A stretch of 64,000 bases of DNA from Verrucomicrobiota bacterium. Lineage in GTDB: Bacteria; Verrucomicrobiota; Kiritimatiellia; CAIQIC01; JAGNIJ01. Positions 1 through 9,713 of the stretch are shown here, in pieces. The stretch's first letter is position 1; each line of letters opens with the position of its first letter. The notes beneath the pieces are model-generated. The model made no database searches. It was not told the origin of the DNA and was given only the letters and a program-made list of their open reading frames with translations. The translations under genes and the position numbers were made by a program. The stretch lies in the NCBI GenBank assembly GCA_022710725.1, contig JAKLGK010000006.1, positions 257,605 to 321,604 of the forward strand, written 5' to 3'.

Positions 1-3
1 CAC

Positions 4-2688
4 GTGATCACCAACACGATGTGGAACAGCGACGAGGGTATCCCGCGATGGGATTGCCCCCCTTTCGACGAGGACAGCGACGAAACCACGTTCAGCGATT
101 TGGAGCAGCGGCATATCCGCGAGATATGGGAGCGCGTGGCGGAGGATTTTGCGCCCTTCGATGTGGACGTGACCACCGCGCCGCCGCCCGCCTGGCATTT
201 CCGGACGGGCCACGCGCTGATCACGTCCGCCTACGATGCCGAGGGCCGCGAGACGCCGCTTGTCTATCCGGGGGGCACGTACGGCGGACTCGCCTACCTG
301 AATGCCTTCACGAATTCCGCGTATTCCTACAACGCGGACAACTGCCGGTCGCCCGCGTGGATTCGGCAGAGCCTGAACCTGGACCTCTGCGTGCAGATCG
401 TGGCGGAAACCATCTCCCACGAACTGGGTCATAACCTGGGCTTGAGCCACGATGGCACCGCTTCCGGCGTCGAATACCACGCCGGCTTCGCCGCCACGAC
501 CAACGCGCCGTCGTGGGGGCCGATCATGGGTTCGGTGGCGGGCCGGGACGTCACCCAGTGGAGCCGGGGTGAGTACTCTGATGCCAACCAGAAGGAGGAC
601 GACCTCGCGATCATGGCCCTGCGGCTCGGGTATCTCGCCGACGATCACGGCGCGAGTAACGGCGCGGCCACGGCGATCTCGCCGGCCGGCTACGCCTTTT
701 CCGTCACCGGCCGGGTCGAGCAGACGTTGGACCGCGATGTCTTTGCGCTGACCACGGGCGTGGGCATCGTCACCGCGGCGGTGTATCCCTTCCGGGCGAC
801 CAACTTGAGCTGGGGCGCGAACGCGGACCTCGTTCTGTTGCTCTGCGCGTCCAACGGGACGGTGCTGGCCTCCAACAACGCGCCCGCGGACGTGAAGGCC
901 GTGCTCGCGCCGCGGCCGGTCGCCGCGGGGACCTATTACCTGCACGTGTACCCCGCCGGCGCCGGCTTCCCGTCCAACGCGTCGAGCAGCGGCTACACGG
1001 TCTACGGCTGTCTCGGCACCTACCGGCTCGCCGGCGCCGTGGCCCCGCCGGCGGACACGGTCGTCGTGACCGCGCCGACCCACGGCAGCCGTTTATTCCT
1101 TTCCAACGCGACGGAGATCGCGTGGCTGTCCGGTTTCACGAACCCGGTCCGTGTCGAGCTATGGCGGGGCGGGGCGATGCACACGATGATCGCGACGAAC
1201 CTCGCCAACCAGGGAACCCATTCGTGGACGGTCCCTGCGTCGGTAACGCCGGGGTACGGCTACCGCATGCGCGTGGCCCGTGCTGACAGCCCGGCCGTGT
1301 GCGGGGAAAGCGACGGCCAGGCGGCGGTCTATGGCTTGCCTGTTTCCCTTTTCTTCGAGAACTTCGACGGATCGGGCTCGTTGCCGGCGGGCTGGAACGA
1401 GGAATTCGTGACCAATACGGTTTCGTGGCGCCTGCAGGGCGGCGGCGGCGCGAGCGGAGGGAACAGCCCGGCCGCGGCGTATACCGGGTCCAACAACGCC
1501 CATTTTTTCAGTTCGCCCCGGGCGCAGACGCGGCTGGTCCTGCCGGCGCTGGACATCGGGGACGTTCTCGACCCGCGGCTGTCCTATCGCCTCTGCATGG
1601 CGGACATCGCCATGGAGCAACTGCGGGTGCTCTACCGGACCAATGCGCTGGCGGAATGGGCGCCGCTGACCAACTACTACGGCCGCTATTTCACTTCCTG
1701 GACCCAGCACTCGTTCCCCTTGAGCAACGCGGCGCCCGATTGCGCGCTGGCCTTCGAGGGACGGGCCGCTTCCAGTTCGTATGGAATCTGCGTCGATGAC
1801 GTCGAAGTGACCGGCATTGTCCTGGCCGGCGAGCTGTTGACCAATCGCCTGGAGGTCGCGTCCGATCTCGGGCTGCCCGACCCGCCCGCCGGGACGAACT
1901 GGCTCTCCGTCAATGCGCCGCGGACGATTTCCGCCGGGACCTCGCCGCTGACGGCGGGCTCGACACAGTTCGTGTGCGCGGGCTGGACCGGCACGGGGGA
2001 CGTGCCCGCGTCGGGCACGGAGACGGCGCTGGCCTTCACGCTCTATGTCCACTCCTCGGTCACCTGGCGGTGGCGTACCAACTACAGCTTCGACTGCTCC
2101 GCCGGAGACGACGGGACAGTCGCCGGCGCGACCAGCGGCTGGTACGCCGCGGGCGCCTTGATCACCGTGACCGCCGCGCCCAACCCGTACTGCGATTTTA
2201 CGGGGTGGGGCGGGGACGCGGCGGGTGATACGAACGACCTGGCGCTGACCGTCACATTGGACAGGCCGCGGCAGCTGGTCGCGAACTTTACGCCGCGCCT
2301 GGCGGCCCACCACGGCACGCCGGAATCCTGGCTGGCCGAGCATTATCCAGAGGCCGGCGATCTCGACGCCGTGGAGATCAGCGACACGGACGGCGATGGG
2401 CTGGAGGCCTGGCAGGAATACATCGCGGGAACGTTGCCCGGCGACGCCCTGTCGGTACTGGAGTTGGAGAGCGGCGGCGCGGTGAGCGAGGGCCAATGGC
2501 TCCTGCGCTGGCCGGCGATCTCGGGCCGTTCGTATTCCCTGTGGTTTTTCACCAACCCGATCTCGCCCGAGGACGTGCCCGTGGTCACCAGCCGCCTCGC
2601 CGGCGCGGACGGTGTCATGGCCTGCACCAACGCCATCCCACCGGAGATCCTGCGCGGTTTCTACCGCCTCACCGTGCGGCGCGAATGA
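4..2688 (+). CDS. Secreted metzincin-type zinc metalloprotease (reprolysin/M12B-like) with a long C-terminal beta-rich extension. The N-terminus may be truncated by the window edge (GTG start at 4).
   Basis: Extended zinc-binding motif HELGHNLGLSHDG (HExxHxxGxxHD) about 140 aa from the ORF start. The ORF is long and uninterrupted. The C-terminal region is Gly/Thr/Ala-rich and repetitive. Confidence 0.7.
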   Translation: MITNTMWNSDEGIPRWDCPPFDEDSDETTFSDLEQRHIREIWERVAEDFAPFDVDVTTAPPPAWHFRTGHALITSAYDAEGRETPLVYPGGTYGGLAYLNAFTNSAYSYNADNCRSPAWIRQSLNLDLCVQIVAETISHELGHNLGLSHDGTASGVEYHAGFAATTNAPSWGPIMGSVAGRDVTQWSRGEYSDANQKEDDLAIMALRLGYLADDHGASNGAATAISPAGYAFSVTGRVEQTLDRDVFALTTGVGIVTAAVYPFRATNLSWGANADLVLLLCASNGTVLASNNAPADVKAVLAPRPVAAGTYYLHVYPAGAGFPSNASSSGYTVYGCLGTYRLAGAVAPPADTVVVTAPTHGSRLFLSNATEIAWLSGFTNPVRVELWRGGAMHTMIATNLANQGTHSWTVPASVTPGYGYRMRVARADSPAVCGESDGQAAVYGLPVSLFFENFDGSGSLPAGWNEEFVTNTVSWRLQGGGGASGGNSPAAAYTGSNNAHFFSSPRAQTRLVLPALDIGDVLDPRLSYRLCMADIAMEQLRVLYRTNALAEWAPLTNYYGRYFTSWTQHSFPLSNAAPDCALAFEGRAASSSYGICVDDVEVTGIVLAGELLTNRLEVASDLGLPDPPAGTNWLSVNAPRTISAGTSPLTAGSTQFVCAGWTGTGDVPASGTETALAFTLYVHSSVTWRWRTNYSFDCSAGDDGTVAGATSGWYAAGALITVTAAPNPYCDFTGWGGDAAGDTNDLALTVTLDRPRQLVANFTPRLAAHHGTPESWLAEHYPEAGDLDAVEISDTDGDGLEAWQEYIAGTLPGDALSVLELESGGAVSEGQWLLRWPAISGRSYSLWFFTNPISPEDVPVVTSRLAGADGVMACTNAIPPEILRGFYRLTVRRE

Positions 2689-2974
2689 ACCGATCGCCGG
2701 CCCCCCCATTCGCGGACAAGGACGCGGCCATCCGCTGGCCCTGCCGATTCCGCCCGGCTGCAACGGCCGCGACAAGGCGCGGCCCTCCCGTTTGAGATAT
2801 CCAGTAACCCGTGACAAGGGACGCTGGAGGGCGCCGCTCCGTCGGCGCCGTCAGGCCGGGGCGCGACGTGCCGTCCACATCGCCTGCAGGATCTTGTCCG
2901 CGAATCGGAGGCCCCGTTTCTCCTTGCATTCGCCCGGGGTGTTGGGGATAAAACGGCGTGGTCGCATCGACGCC

Positions 2975-3349
2975 ATGAACTGTCCCGCGTGCAAAGCATC
3001 CATGGCCATCCTGGAATATAGCGGGGTGGAGCTGGATTTCTGTTTTTCCTGCAAGGGTTGCTGGCTGGACGCCGGCGAACTGGGCCTGATTCTCACCGGC
3101 GCGCCCGACCGGCCCGACGACCTGAAGCTGGAAAAGGCGTCGAAGGGCAAGCGGCGCTGCCCGCGCTGCGGGTCGCGCATGCTGGTGGGCCCGGCGCCCG
3201 CCACCGGCGTGGAAGTGGATGCCTGCCCGGCCGGCCACGGGTTCTGGCTCGATGCGGGCGAGCTGGAGCAGATCGTCCAGGCGCGCGGGGCGTCGGGGCG
3301 GGCCGCGGCCGTGGCGAAATTTTGCGCGGATGTTTTTGGTAAAAAATAA
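2975..3349 (+). CDS. Small double zinc-ribbon protein with two zf-TFIIB-like CxxC...CxxC modules.
   Basis: The repeated module MNCPACKASM...FCFSCKGCWLDAGELGLIL is followed by a second copy, RRCPRCGSRM...DACPAGHGFWLDAGELEQIV. The ATG at 2975 lies inside the longer 2612-3349 ORF, whose upstream part overlaps the protease gene and is probably not coding. Confidence 0.55.
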   Translation: MNCPACKASMAILEYSGVELDFCFSCKGCWLDAGELGLILTGAPDRPDDLKLEKASKGKRRCPRCGSRMLVGPAPATGVEVDACPAGHGFWLDAGELEQIVQARGASGRAAAVAKFCADVFGKK

Positions 3350-3367
3350 CAGGAAAAGGAGAGCGCC

Positions 3368-3919
3368 ATGGGTCTCTGGATAGTCATCGGTGTGATCGTA
3401 CTGGTGGTCCTCGCGTACATCGGGATGTACAACAGCCTCGTCTCCCTGCGCAACCAGGTGAAGAACGCCTGGTCGCAGATCGACGTGCAGCTCAAGCGTC
3501 GCCACGACCTGATCCCCAACCTGATCGAGACGGTCAAGGGCTACGTCAAGCACGAGCGGGACACGCTCGAGAACATCACCAAGGCCCGCACCAACGCCAT
3601 GCAGGCCAGCGGCGCGGCCGCGGCCGGCAAGGCGGAGGGCGAGTTGAGCGGGGCGATCAGCAAGCTGATGCTGGTCGTCGAGAACTACCCCGAGCTCAAG
3701 GCCAACCAGAATTTCCTCGCGCTGCAGGAGGAACTGTCCTCGACGGAGAACAAGGTCGGCTTCTCGCGGCAGTTCTACAACGACGCCGTGCTGCGCTTCA
3801 ACACGAAGGTCGAGACCTTCCCGTCGAACATCGTCGCCAACATGTTCGGTTTCAAGCAGGCCGAGTTCTTCGAGATCCAGGTCGCGACCGAGCGCGAGGC
3901 GCCGAAGGTGCAGTTCTGA
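3368..3919 (+). CDS. lemA: LemA family membrane protein.
   Basis: N-terminal TM helix followed by the characteristic LemA sequence YNSLVSLRNQVKNAWSQIDVQLKRRHDLIPNLIETVKGYVKHE. A GGAG ribosome-binding site lies upstream. Confidence 0.88.
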   Translation: MGLWIVIGVIVLVVLAYIGMYNSLVSLRNQVKNAWSQIDVQLKRRHDLIPNLIETVKGYVKHERDTLENITKARTNAMQASGAAAAGKAEGELSGAISKLMLVVENYPELKANQNFLALQEELSSTENKVGFSRQFYNDAVLRFNTKVETFPSNIVANMFGFKQAEFFEIQVATEREAPKVQF

Positions 3920-3999
3920 TGATGTAGGGGCGTCGCTTGCGACGCCCGCGGCCGCGAGCGCGCCGGGCGCCGGCGAGCGGCGCCCTTACGCCTCCCCTC

Positions 4000-5244
4000 A
4001 TGTGGGAAACCATCCAGTCGAACAAGCGGAAGTCGGCGGTGATGATCGTCCTGCTGGCGACCGTCCTGATGTTCGTCGGGTACGCGCTGGGCGCGGCGCT
4101 CGATCCCGCCGCGGGCGTGCTCGGCGTGCTCGCGGCGATGGTCATCTGGGTCGTGCTGACGCTGACCGCGTTCGCCGGCGGCGAGAAGATGCTGCTGGCC
4201 TCGGCCGGCGCGCGGGAGGTGTCGCGCGAGCAGGCGCCGCAGCTCTACAACCTGGTCGAGGAGATGAAGATCGCCTCCGGCCTGCCCGCCATGCCGCGGA
4301 TCTTCATCATGGATTCCGACGTGCCGAACGCCTTCGCGGTGGGGCTCAAGCCCGAGCGCGCGGCGGTCGCCGTGACGACGGGGCTCATGGCGCGGCTGAA
4401 CCGGGACGAACTGCAGGGCGTGATCGCGCACGAGATCGGGCACATCTCGAACCGCGATACGCTCTTCATGACCCTGGCCGGCGTCATGGTCGGCGCGATC
4501 GTGATCCTCGCGGACGTGTTCCGGCGCAGCCTGTGGTACGGCGGGGGGCGCCGCCGCTCGTCCTCGTCGTCGAAGGGCGGCCAGGCGCAGGCCGTCATCG
4601 CGATCGTGGCGATCGTGGTGGCCATCCTCGCGCCGATCCTGGCCCGGCTGCTCTACTTCGCCTGCTCGCGCAAGCGCGAGTACCTGGCCGACGCCTCCTC
4701 CGCCCAGTTCACGCGCTACCCCGAGGGCCTGGCCTCGGCGCTGGATAAAATCTCGCAGTTCAAGCCCGGCGCGCTGAAGGTGAACCAGGCGGTCTCGCCG
4801 ATGTTCATCATCAACCCCCTCGCCGCGACGGGGGGCGGGCTCTCCCTGTTCAGCACTCACCCGCCGACGGCGGATCGCATCCGCGTCCTGCGCGGGATGG
4901 GCAAGAGCGCCTCGCTGGCCGCGTACGAGGAGGCCTTCCGCGCCGCGCACAAGGGTTCCGGCGTGATCGCATCGCGGGACCTGGGCGCCTCGGTCGAGGC
5001 GGCCGCCCGGGAGGGCGCGGCGGGCGCCGCCGACCCGGCCGCGCAGTGGCGTTCCGCGCGCGACCTGCTGCACCAGGTCAATCGCTTCCTCGTGCTCCCG
5101 TGCGCGTGCGGCCTGAAGATCAAGCTGCCGCCCGACTTCAAGGACTCCTCCGTAACCTGCCCGCGCTGCGGCACGAAACACGAGGTGCCCGTGGCGGAAC
5201 TGGCCGCCGCCTCCGCCGCCCTCGAGGCGGCCGGCCGGAAATGA
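4000..5244 (+). CDS. HtpX-like M48 zinc metalloprotease with a C-terminal zinc ribbon.
   Basis: Two N-terminal TM helices and an HEIGHISNRD (HExxH) motif. A C-terminal CxCG...CPRCG zinc ribbon is present. The gene sits immediately downstream of lemA, a common LemA-M48 pairing. The start was chosen at MWETIQSNKRKS. Confidence 0.75.
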   Translation: MWETIQSNKRKSAVMIVLLATVLMFVGYALGAALDPAAGVLGVLAAMVIWVVLTLTAFAGGEKMLLASAGAREVSREQAPQLYNLVEEMKIASGLPAMPRIFIMDSDVPNAFAVGLKPERAAVAVTTGLMARLNRDELQGVIAHEIGHISNRDTLFMTLAGVMVGAIVILADVFRRSLWYGGGRRRSSSSSKGGQAQAVIAIVAIVVAILAPILARLLYFACSRKREYLADASSAQFTRYPEGLASALDKISQFKPGALKVNQAVSPMFIINPLAATGGGLSLFSTHPPTADRIRVLRGMGKSASLAAYEEAFRAAHKGSGVIASRDLGASVEAAAREGAAGAADPAAQWRSARDLLHQVNRFLVLPCACGLKIKLPPDFKDSSVTCPRCGTKHEVPVAELAAASAALEAAGRK

Positions 5245-6524
5245 CCGGTCCACGCGCCATCCTGATCCGAGGCGCCCGTCTGCTGGATCCCGTCCGGAAC
5301 CTGGACGCGCCCGGCGACCTTTTCCTCGCCGGCGGGCTTATCGCCGCGCCGCCTCTGCGTATCCCGCCGGACGCGGAGATCATCGAGGCGCGGGGACTCG
5401 CCGTCGCGCCGGGCTTCATCGACCTGCACGTGCACCTGCGCGAGCCGGGCGGCGAGGAGGCCGAGACGATCGAGACCGGCTGCCGCGCCGCCGCGCGCGG
5501 CGGGTTCACCACCGTCGTCGCCATGCCGAACACCCGCCCGCCGCTGGATACGCCCGAACTCGTCTCGGCGCAGATCCGCCGGGCGGAGGAGGCCGGGCTG
5601 TGCCGGGTGCGCCCGGCGGCGTGCATCACGAGCGGCCGGACCGGCGGCGCGCTCGCGCCGCTGGCCGAACTGGCCGCCGCGGGCGCCTGCGCGTTCACGG
5701 ACGACGGCACGACCGTGGCGGACGAGGCGCTGATGCGCCGCGCGCTGGAACAGGCCGCCGCGCTGGGGCGCCCGATCCTCGATCACGCGCAGGACCCGGC
5801 CCGCGAGAAACAGGGCGTCATGCACGAGGGGGCCTGGTCCGCGCGCTGGGGCCTGCCCGGCATCCCGTCCTCGGCGGAAATCGAGGTGGTCGAACGCGAC
5901 ATCCGGCTGGCGCGGGAGACCGGCGGCCGCGTGCATATCCAGCATGTATCCGCCGCCGGGAGCGCGGCCCTGATCCGGCGCGCGCGGGCCGCGGGCCTGC
6001 CGGTCAGCGGCGAGGCGACGCCGCACCACCTGGCCCTGACCGACGCCGACGTGCGGCCGGAGGACGCCCGCTGGAAGATGAACCCGCCGCTCCGGTCGGA
6101 AGCGGACCGCGCCGCGGTGCTCGGGGCGGTGGAGGAGGGAACAATTACCGTCCTGGCGACCGATCACGCCCCGCATACCGCGGCCGCGAAGGCGCGCGGA
6201 TTCCGCGACGCGCCGTTCGGCGTTATCGGGCTGGAGGCGGCGGTCGGCGTGACGTACACGCGGCTGGTCGCCGGCGGCCGGATGAGCGCGCTGGACTGGG
6301 TACGCCGCTGGACGTCCGGCCCCGCGCGCGTGCTCGGCCTGCCGGAGCCGTCGCTGGCGCCCGGCCTGCCGGCGGACGTGGCGCTGCTGGACCTGGATAC
6401 GGAATGGGAAATCCGGCCGGAGTCCTTCGCGTCGAAATCCCGGAACACGCCGTTCGAGGGCTGGCGCGTGCGCGGCCGGGCGGTGCGGACGTTCCTGGGA
6501 GGCCGCACGACCGCCCGCGCGTGA
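5241..6524 (+). CDS. pyrC: Dihydroorotase (class I amidohydrolase).
   Basis: DHOase motifs DLHVHLREPG, GGFTTVVAMPNTRPP, FTDDG, HIQHVSA and ATDHAPH. The ATG overlaps the upstream stop codon (ATGA). Confidence 0.85.
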   Translation: MTGPRAILIRGARLLDPVRNLDAPGDLFLAGGLIAAPPLRIPPDAEIIEARGLAVAPGFIDLHVHLREPGGEEAETIETGCRAAARGGFTTVVAMPNTRPPLDTPELVSAQIRRAEEAGLCRVRPAACITSGRTGGALAPLAELAAAGACAFTDDGTTVADEALMRRALEQAAALGRPILDHAQDPAREKQGVMHEGAWSARWGLPGIPSSAEIEVVERDIRLARETGGRVHIQHVSAAGSAALIRRARAAGLPVSGEATPHHLALTDADVRPEDARWKMNPPLRSEADRAAVLGAVEEGTITVLATDHAPHTAAAKARGFRDAPFGVIGLEAAVGVTYTRLVAGGRMSALDWVRRWTSGPARVLGLPEPSLAPGLPADVALLDLDTEWEIRPESFASKSRNTPFEGWRVRGRAVRTFLGGRTTARA

Positions 6525-6558
6525 GGGCCTCCTGCCGGCTTGACTTTCGTCGGGGCGG

Positions 6559-7512
6559 ATGTTTCCGTGTGCGCTCGTGAACGGGGTGAAAAGACCTTCC
6601 GTGTGGACGCTGGTTCTCGGTTGGAACCACGCCGAGGACACGATCGAATGCCTGCGCAGCCTCCAGGCCAGCGAGGGCGTGGACCTGAAACTTTTCTTCA
6701 CGGACAACGGCAGCGCGCCGGACCAGGTGGAACGGGTCTGCCGCGAGGTGCCGGCGGCCACGGTCATCCGCCATCCGCAGAACGTGGGGGTGCCGCGGGG
6801 CTTCAACGCGGGCATTGCCTACGCGCTCCAGCACGGCGCGGATTACCTCTTCATGGCCAACAACGACACGACCGTGGCCCCGGACACGATCCGGATCCTG
6901 GTCGAGGCCGCGGAGCGGGATCCCCGCGCGGGCATCATCATGCCGCGCATCTTCTATTATGACCACCGAGACCTGGTCTGGTCGGCGGGTTCCCGCTTCC
7001 GCCGCTTCCCGCCGGCGATCGTCATGCGCAAGGGCCGGGGCGGGTTCGAGCGGGAGGAGGACATCGAGTTCTCCAGCCTCTGCACGGTGCTGCTGCGGGG
7101 GCGGATGTTCAAGGACGCCGGCCTGATGGACCCGAACTTCGTCTTCTACTACGAGGACTACGACCTCTGCCTCCGCATCCGCGACGCGGGGTACGCGATC
7201 AAGCTCGTTCCCGCGGCGCGCTCGTGGCACAAGGTGGCCCGGATCACGCGCGCCGGCTCGACCAGCCCGACGTTCTGGCGGAACTACGGGCGGAGCGTCG
7301 CGATCTTCCAGCGGCTGCAGCGGCGGCGCCGCTGGCTGGCCGGGCCGGCCTTCCTGGCCTTCCAGTACTTCCGCGCGCTGGTCGAGGGCAAGCGGCAGGC
7401 GTGGGCGCCGTTCCGGGAGGGACTGCGCGAGGGCCGCGCCCTGGAGCTGAAGCCCGTGCCGCGCTGGGATCAGCCGCCGATGGATCCCGTCGAAGTGGCG
7501 CAGGCCCCCTGA
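6559..7512 (+). CDS. Family 2 glycosyltransferase (soluble, GT-A fold).
   Basis: N-terminal GT2 architecture (VLGWNHAEDTIECLRSL, FTDNGS, FMANNDT, and the DYDLC D-x-D-like region). Confidence 0.75.
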   Translation: MFPCALVNGVKRPSVWTLVLGWNHAEDTIECLRSLQASEGVDLKLFFTDNGSAPDQVERVCREVPAATVIRHPQNVGVPRGFNAGIAYALQHGADYLFMANNDTTVAPDTIRILVEAAERDPRAGIIMPRIFYYDHRDLVWSAGSRFRRFPPAIVMRKGRGGFEREEDIEFSSLCTVLLRGRMFKDAGLMDPNFVFYYEDYDLCLRIRDAGYAIKLVPAARSWHKVARITRAGSTSPTFWRNYGRSVAIFQRLQRRRRWLAGPAFLAFQYFRALVEGKRQAWAPFREGLREGRALELKPVPRWDQPPMDPVEVAQAP

Positions 7513-7582
7513 CGCGGCGGCCGGGCCGCCGGGAAAAACGCCGTTGCTTCCCGAAACCGGGTGTGTGATCATTTTACCCGCC

Positions 7583-8560
7583 ATGAAGCTCGTGGTGCAA
7601 ATCCCGGCCCTGAACGAGGAAAAGACGATCCAGGACGTCATCCGCTCCATCCCGCGGAATATCCCCGGCATCCGGTCTACGTCGGTCCTCGTGGTGGACG
7701 ACGGCTCGACCGACCGCACCAGCGCGCTGGCCGCCGAGGCGGGCGCGATCGTGGTCCGGCACGACCGCCGGCGGGGCGTCGGCGCGGCGTTCCGGACCGG
7801 CCTCCAGAAATCCATGGAACTCGACGCCGACGTCATCGTCACCATCGACGCCGACGGGCAGTTCAATCCGGAGGACATCCAGAAGCTGACCGAGCCCATC
7901 CTCCGGGGCGAGGCCGACTACGTGACCGCGTCGCGGTTCCTGGATCCGTCGCTGACCCCGGAGATGCCCCGCATGAAGCGGTGGGGCAACGACTTCATGG
8001 CGCGCTGGATCAGCTCGCTGGTGGGGCAGGATTTCAAGGACGTTTCCTGCGGGTTCCGGGCCTACGCGCGCGACGCCTACCTGCGGCTCGTGCTGCTCGG
8101 CGATTTCACCTACACGCACGAGACCTTTCTCACGCTGGCCTTCGCGCGCCTCCGGATCCGGGAAGTGCCGATCCTCGTCCGCGGCGTCCGGGAGCATGGC
8201 CAGTCGAGGGTGGCCAGCAACCTGTGGCGGTACGGCTGGCGCACGGCGGGGATCATCCTGCGGACCTACCGGGACTACCGCCCCCTACGGTTCTTCAACT
8301 ACGTGGCCGGCGTCCTGCTGGTGGCCGCGCTCGGGTTCCTCGGCTTCCTGATCTCCGTGAAGGTGCGCACCGGCATGTTCACGCCGCACAAGTGGTCCGG
8401 CTTCCTCGCCGCCGCGCTGGCCGGGGCCGCCCTGGTGCTGTTCCTGATCGGCCTGGTCGCGGAAATGCTGGACCGCCTGCGCGTGGCGCAGGATGAACTG
8501 GTCTTCCGGGTCCGGCGCATGGAGATGGACCTGAAGCGCGCGAAGCAGCAGCCGTCGTAA
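7583..8560 (+). CDS. Family 2 glycosyltransferase of the polyprenyl-phosphate sugar synthase type (ArnC/GtrB/DPM1-like), with two C-terminal TM helices.
   Basis: The N-terminus KLVVQIPALNEEKTIQDVI...VLVVDDGSTDRTS...IDADGQ is typical of DPM1/GtrB enzymes. Two hydrophobic helices near the C-terminus are consistent with ArnC/GtrB. Confidence 0.8.
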   Translation: MKLVVQIPALNEEKTIQDVIRSIPRNIPGIRSTSVLVVDDGSTDRTSALAAEAGAIVVRHDRRRGVGAAFRTGLQKSMELDADVIVTIDADGQFNPEDIQKLTEPILRGEADYVTASRFLDPSLTPEMPRMKRWGNDFMARWISSLVGQDFKDVSCGFRAYARDAYLRLVLLGDFTYTHETFLTLAFARLRIREVPILVRGVREHGQSRVASNLWRYGWRTAGIILRTYRDYRPLRFFNYVAGVLLVAALGFLGFLISVKVRTGMFTPHKWSGFLAAALAGAALVLFLIGLVAEMLDRLRVAQDELVFRVRRMEMDLKRAKQQPS

Positions 8561-8576
8561 CGCGGGAAGCCGGCGC

Positions 8577-9713
8577 ATGGCCAAGCCCCTCGTGCTGTCC
8601 TACTGGAACGTCAACCGGCCGGTCACCGGTGGCCTGCGGCGCGTAACCGCCCTGCTGGAGGCCCTCGGCCCCGACCTTGTCCTGTGCCAGCCCGAACCGG
8701 CCCACCCCGTGTACGAGACCGCGGCCTACCGCACGAACTGGACGCGCGCTGGAGGGGGCGGCATCAACCGCGGCCTGTTCCATTTCTTCCTGCCCGAACC
8801 CGCGCGCGCGGCGCGGGAAGCCTGGCGGCGCGTCCGGCCCGGGCTCATCGTGCATACCTCCATCTGGACCTTCTGGCCGCTGCGGCGGGCGGGCACGCCG
8901 ATGGTCCTCGACGCGCACGATGCGCTGGGCGCGGCCATGACCGGGCGGTACGGGCGGCGTCATCCGTTCACGCTCCTGGTGCGCGCCTGGGAACGCCGCG
9001 TGGCGCGGCGGGTGGACCGCCTCTTCGTCTGCTCGGACGTGGACCGGGCCTACTTCGCGCGCGAGTACGGGGTCTCCGAGGATCGGCTCTCGGTCGTCCC
9101 GAACGGGGTGCATGTCCGCCCGCCCGCGGAGGGGCCGTTGCCGGCCGGTTGGGAGGGGCGGCTGGCCGGCAAGACCGTGCTCTTCTTCATGGGGAAGCCG
9201 GCCTACCAGCCGAATGCCCAGGGCCTGCAATTCCTCCGCGACACGGTGCTGCCGGAACTGGAGCGGCGGCAGCCCGGCCGGTTCTGCGTCGTGGCCTGCG
9301 GCGGCGAGGCGCGGCCCGGCATGGCGCACCCGGCCCTTCATTTCGCGGGCGTGGTTTCCGACGAGGAGTTGCAGGCCTTCATCCGGCGCGCGGACCTGTG
9401 CCTTTCGCCCACGTTTTCGGGTTCCGGCACTCGGCTGAAAATCCTGGAGTGGCTGGCGGCGGGCAAGGCCGTGATTTCCACGCCCAAGGGCGCGGAGGGC
9501 CTGGGCGCGGTTCCGAGCCGGGATCTGGTCGAGGCCGAAGGCCGGGATTTCGCCGCCGCCATTCTGTCCCTCGCGGAGGCGCCGGATCGAGTCCGTGCCC
9601 TGGGACGGGCGGGCGCCGACTTCGTGCGCCAGCGGTACGACTGGTCGTCCAGCAGCCAGCCGCTGTGGCGGGAGGGGATGAGGCGTTGGCTCGATCCACG
9701 GCAGACCGGATGA
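8577..9713 (+). CDS. Family 1 (GT4-type) glycosyltransferase.
   Basis: A C-terminal GT1 signature (GSGTRLKILEWLAAGKAVISTPKGAEGL) in a GT-B-like layout. Confidence 0.78.
   Translation: MAKPLVLSYWNVNRPVTGGLRRVTALLEALGPDLVLCQPEPAHPVYETAAYRTNWTRAGGGGINRGLFHFFLPEPARAAREAWRRVRPGLIVHTSIWTFWPLRRAGTPMVLDAHDALGAAMTGRYGRRHPFTLLVRAWERRVARRVDRLFVCSDVDRAYFAREYGVSEDRLSVVPNGVHVRPPAEGPLPAGWEGRLAGKTVLFFMGKPAYQPNAQGLQFLRDTVLPELERRQPGRFCVVACGGEARPGMAHPALHFAGVVSDEELQAFIRRADLCLSPTFSGSGTRLKILEWLAAGKAVISTPKGAEGLGAVPSRDLVEAEGRDFAAAILSLAEAPDRVRALGRAGADFVRQRYDWSSSSQPLWREGMRRWLDPRQTG

Noticed and set aside
1159-2817. 552-aa ORF on the minus strand, antisense to the metalloprotease gene.
   Set aside because: Arg/Gly/Pro/Ala-rich low-complexity translation, typical of stop-codon-poor antisense frames in high-GC DNA. 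It fully overlaps a gene with a clear HExxH signature.
2689-2974. 5' part of the 2612-3349 ORF (MSWPAPTPSHRR...), which would extend the zinc-ribbon protein to 245 aa.
   Set aside because: The upstream part is Arg/Pro-rich, overlaps the end of the protease gene and has no motif. The internal ATG at 2975 begins exactly at the first zinc-ribbon module.
3775-5253. 492-aa minus-strand ORF and a 248-aa plus-strand ORF overlapping the htpX-like gene.
   Set aside because: Out-of-frame or antisense GC artefacts (R/G/D/H-rich, no motifs). The in-frame M48 protein has TM helices and HEIGH.
4857-7899. Long minus-strand ORFs (652 aa and 558 aa) antisense to pyrC and the first two GT2 genes.
   Set aside because: Low-complexity Arg/Gly-rich products. 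The sense-strand genes carry dihydroorotase and GT2 motifs.
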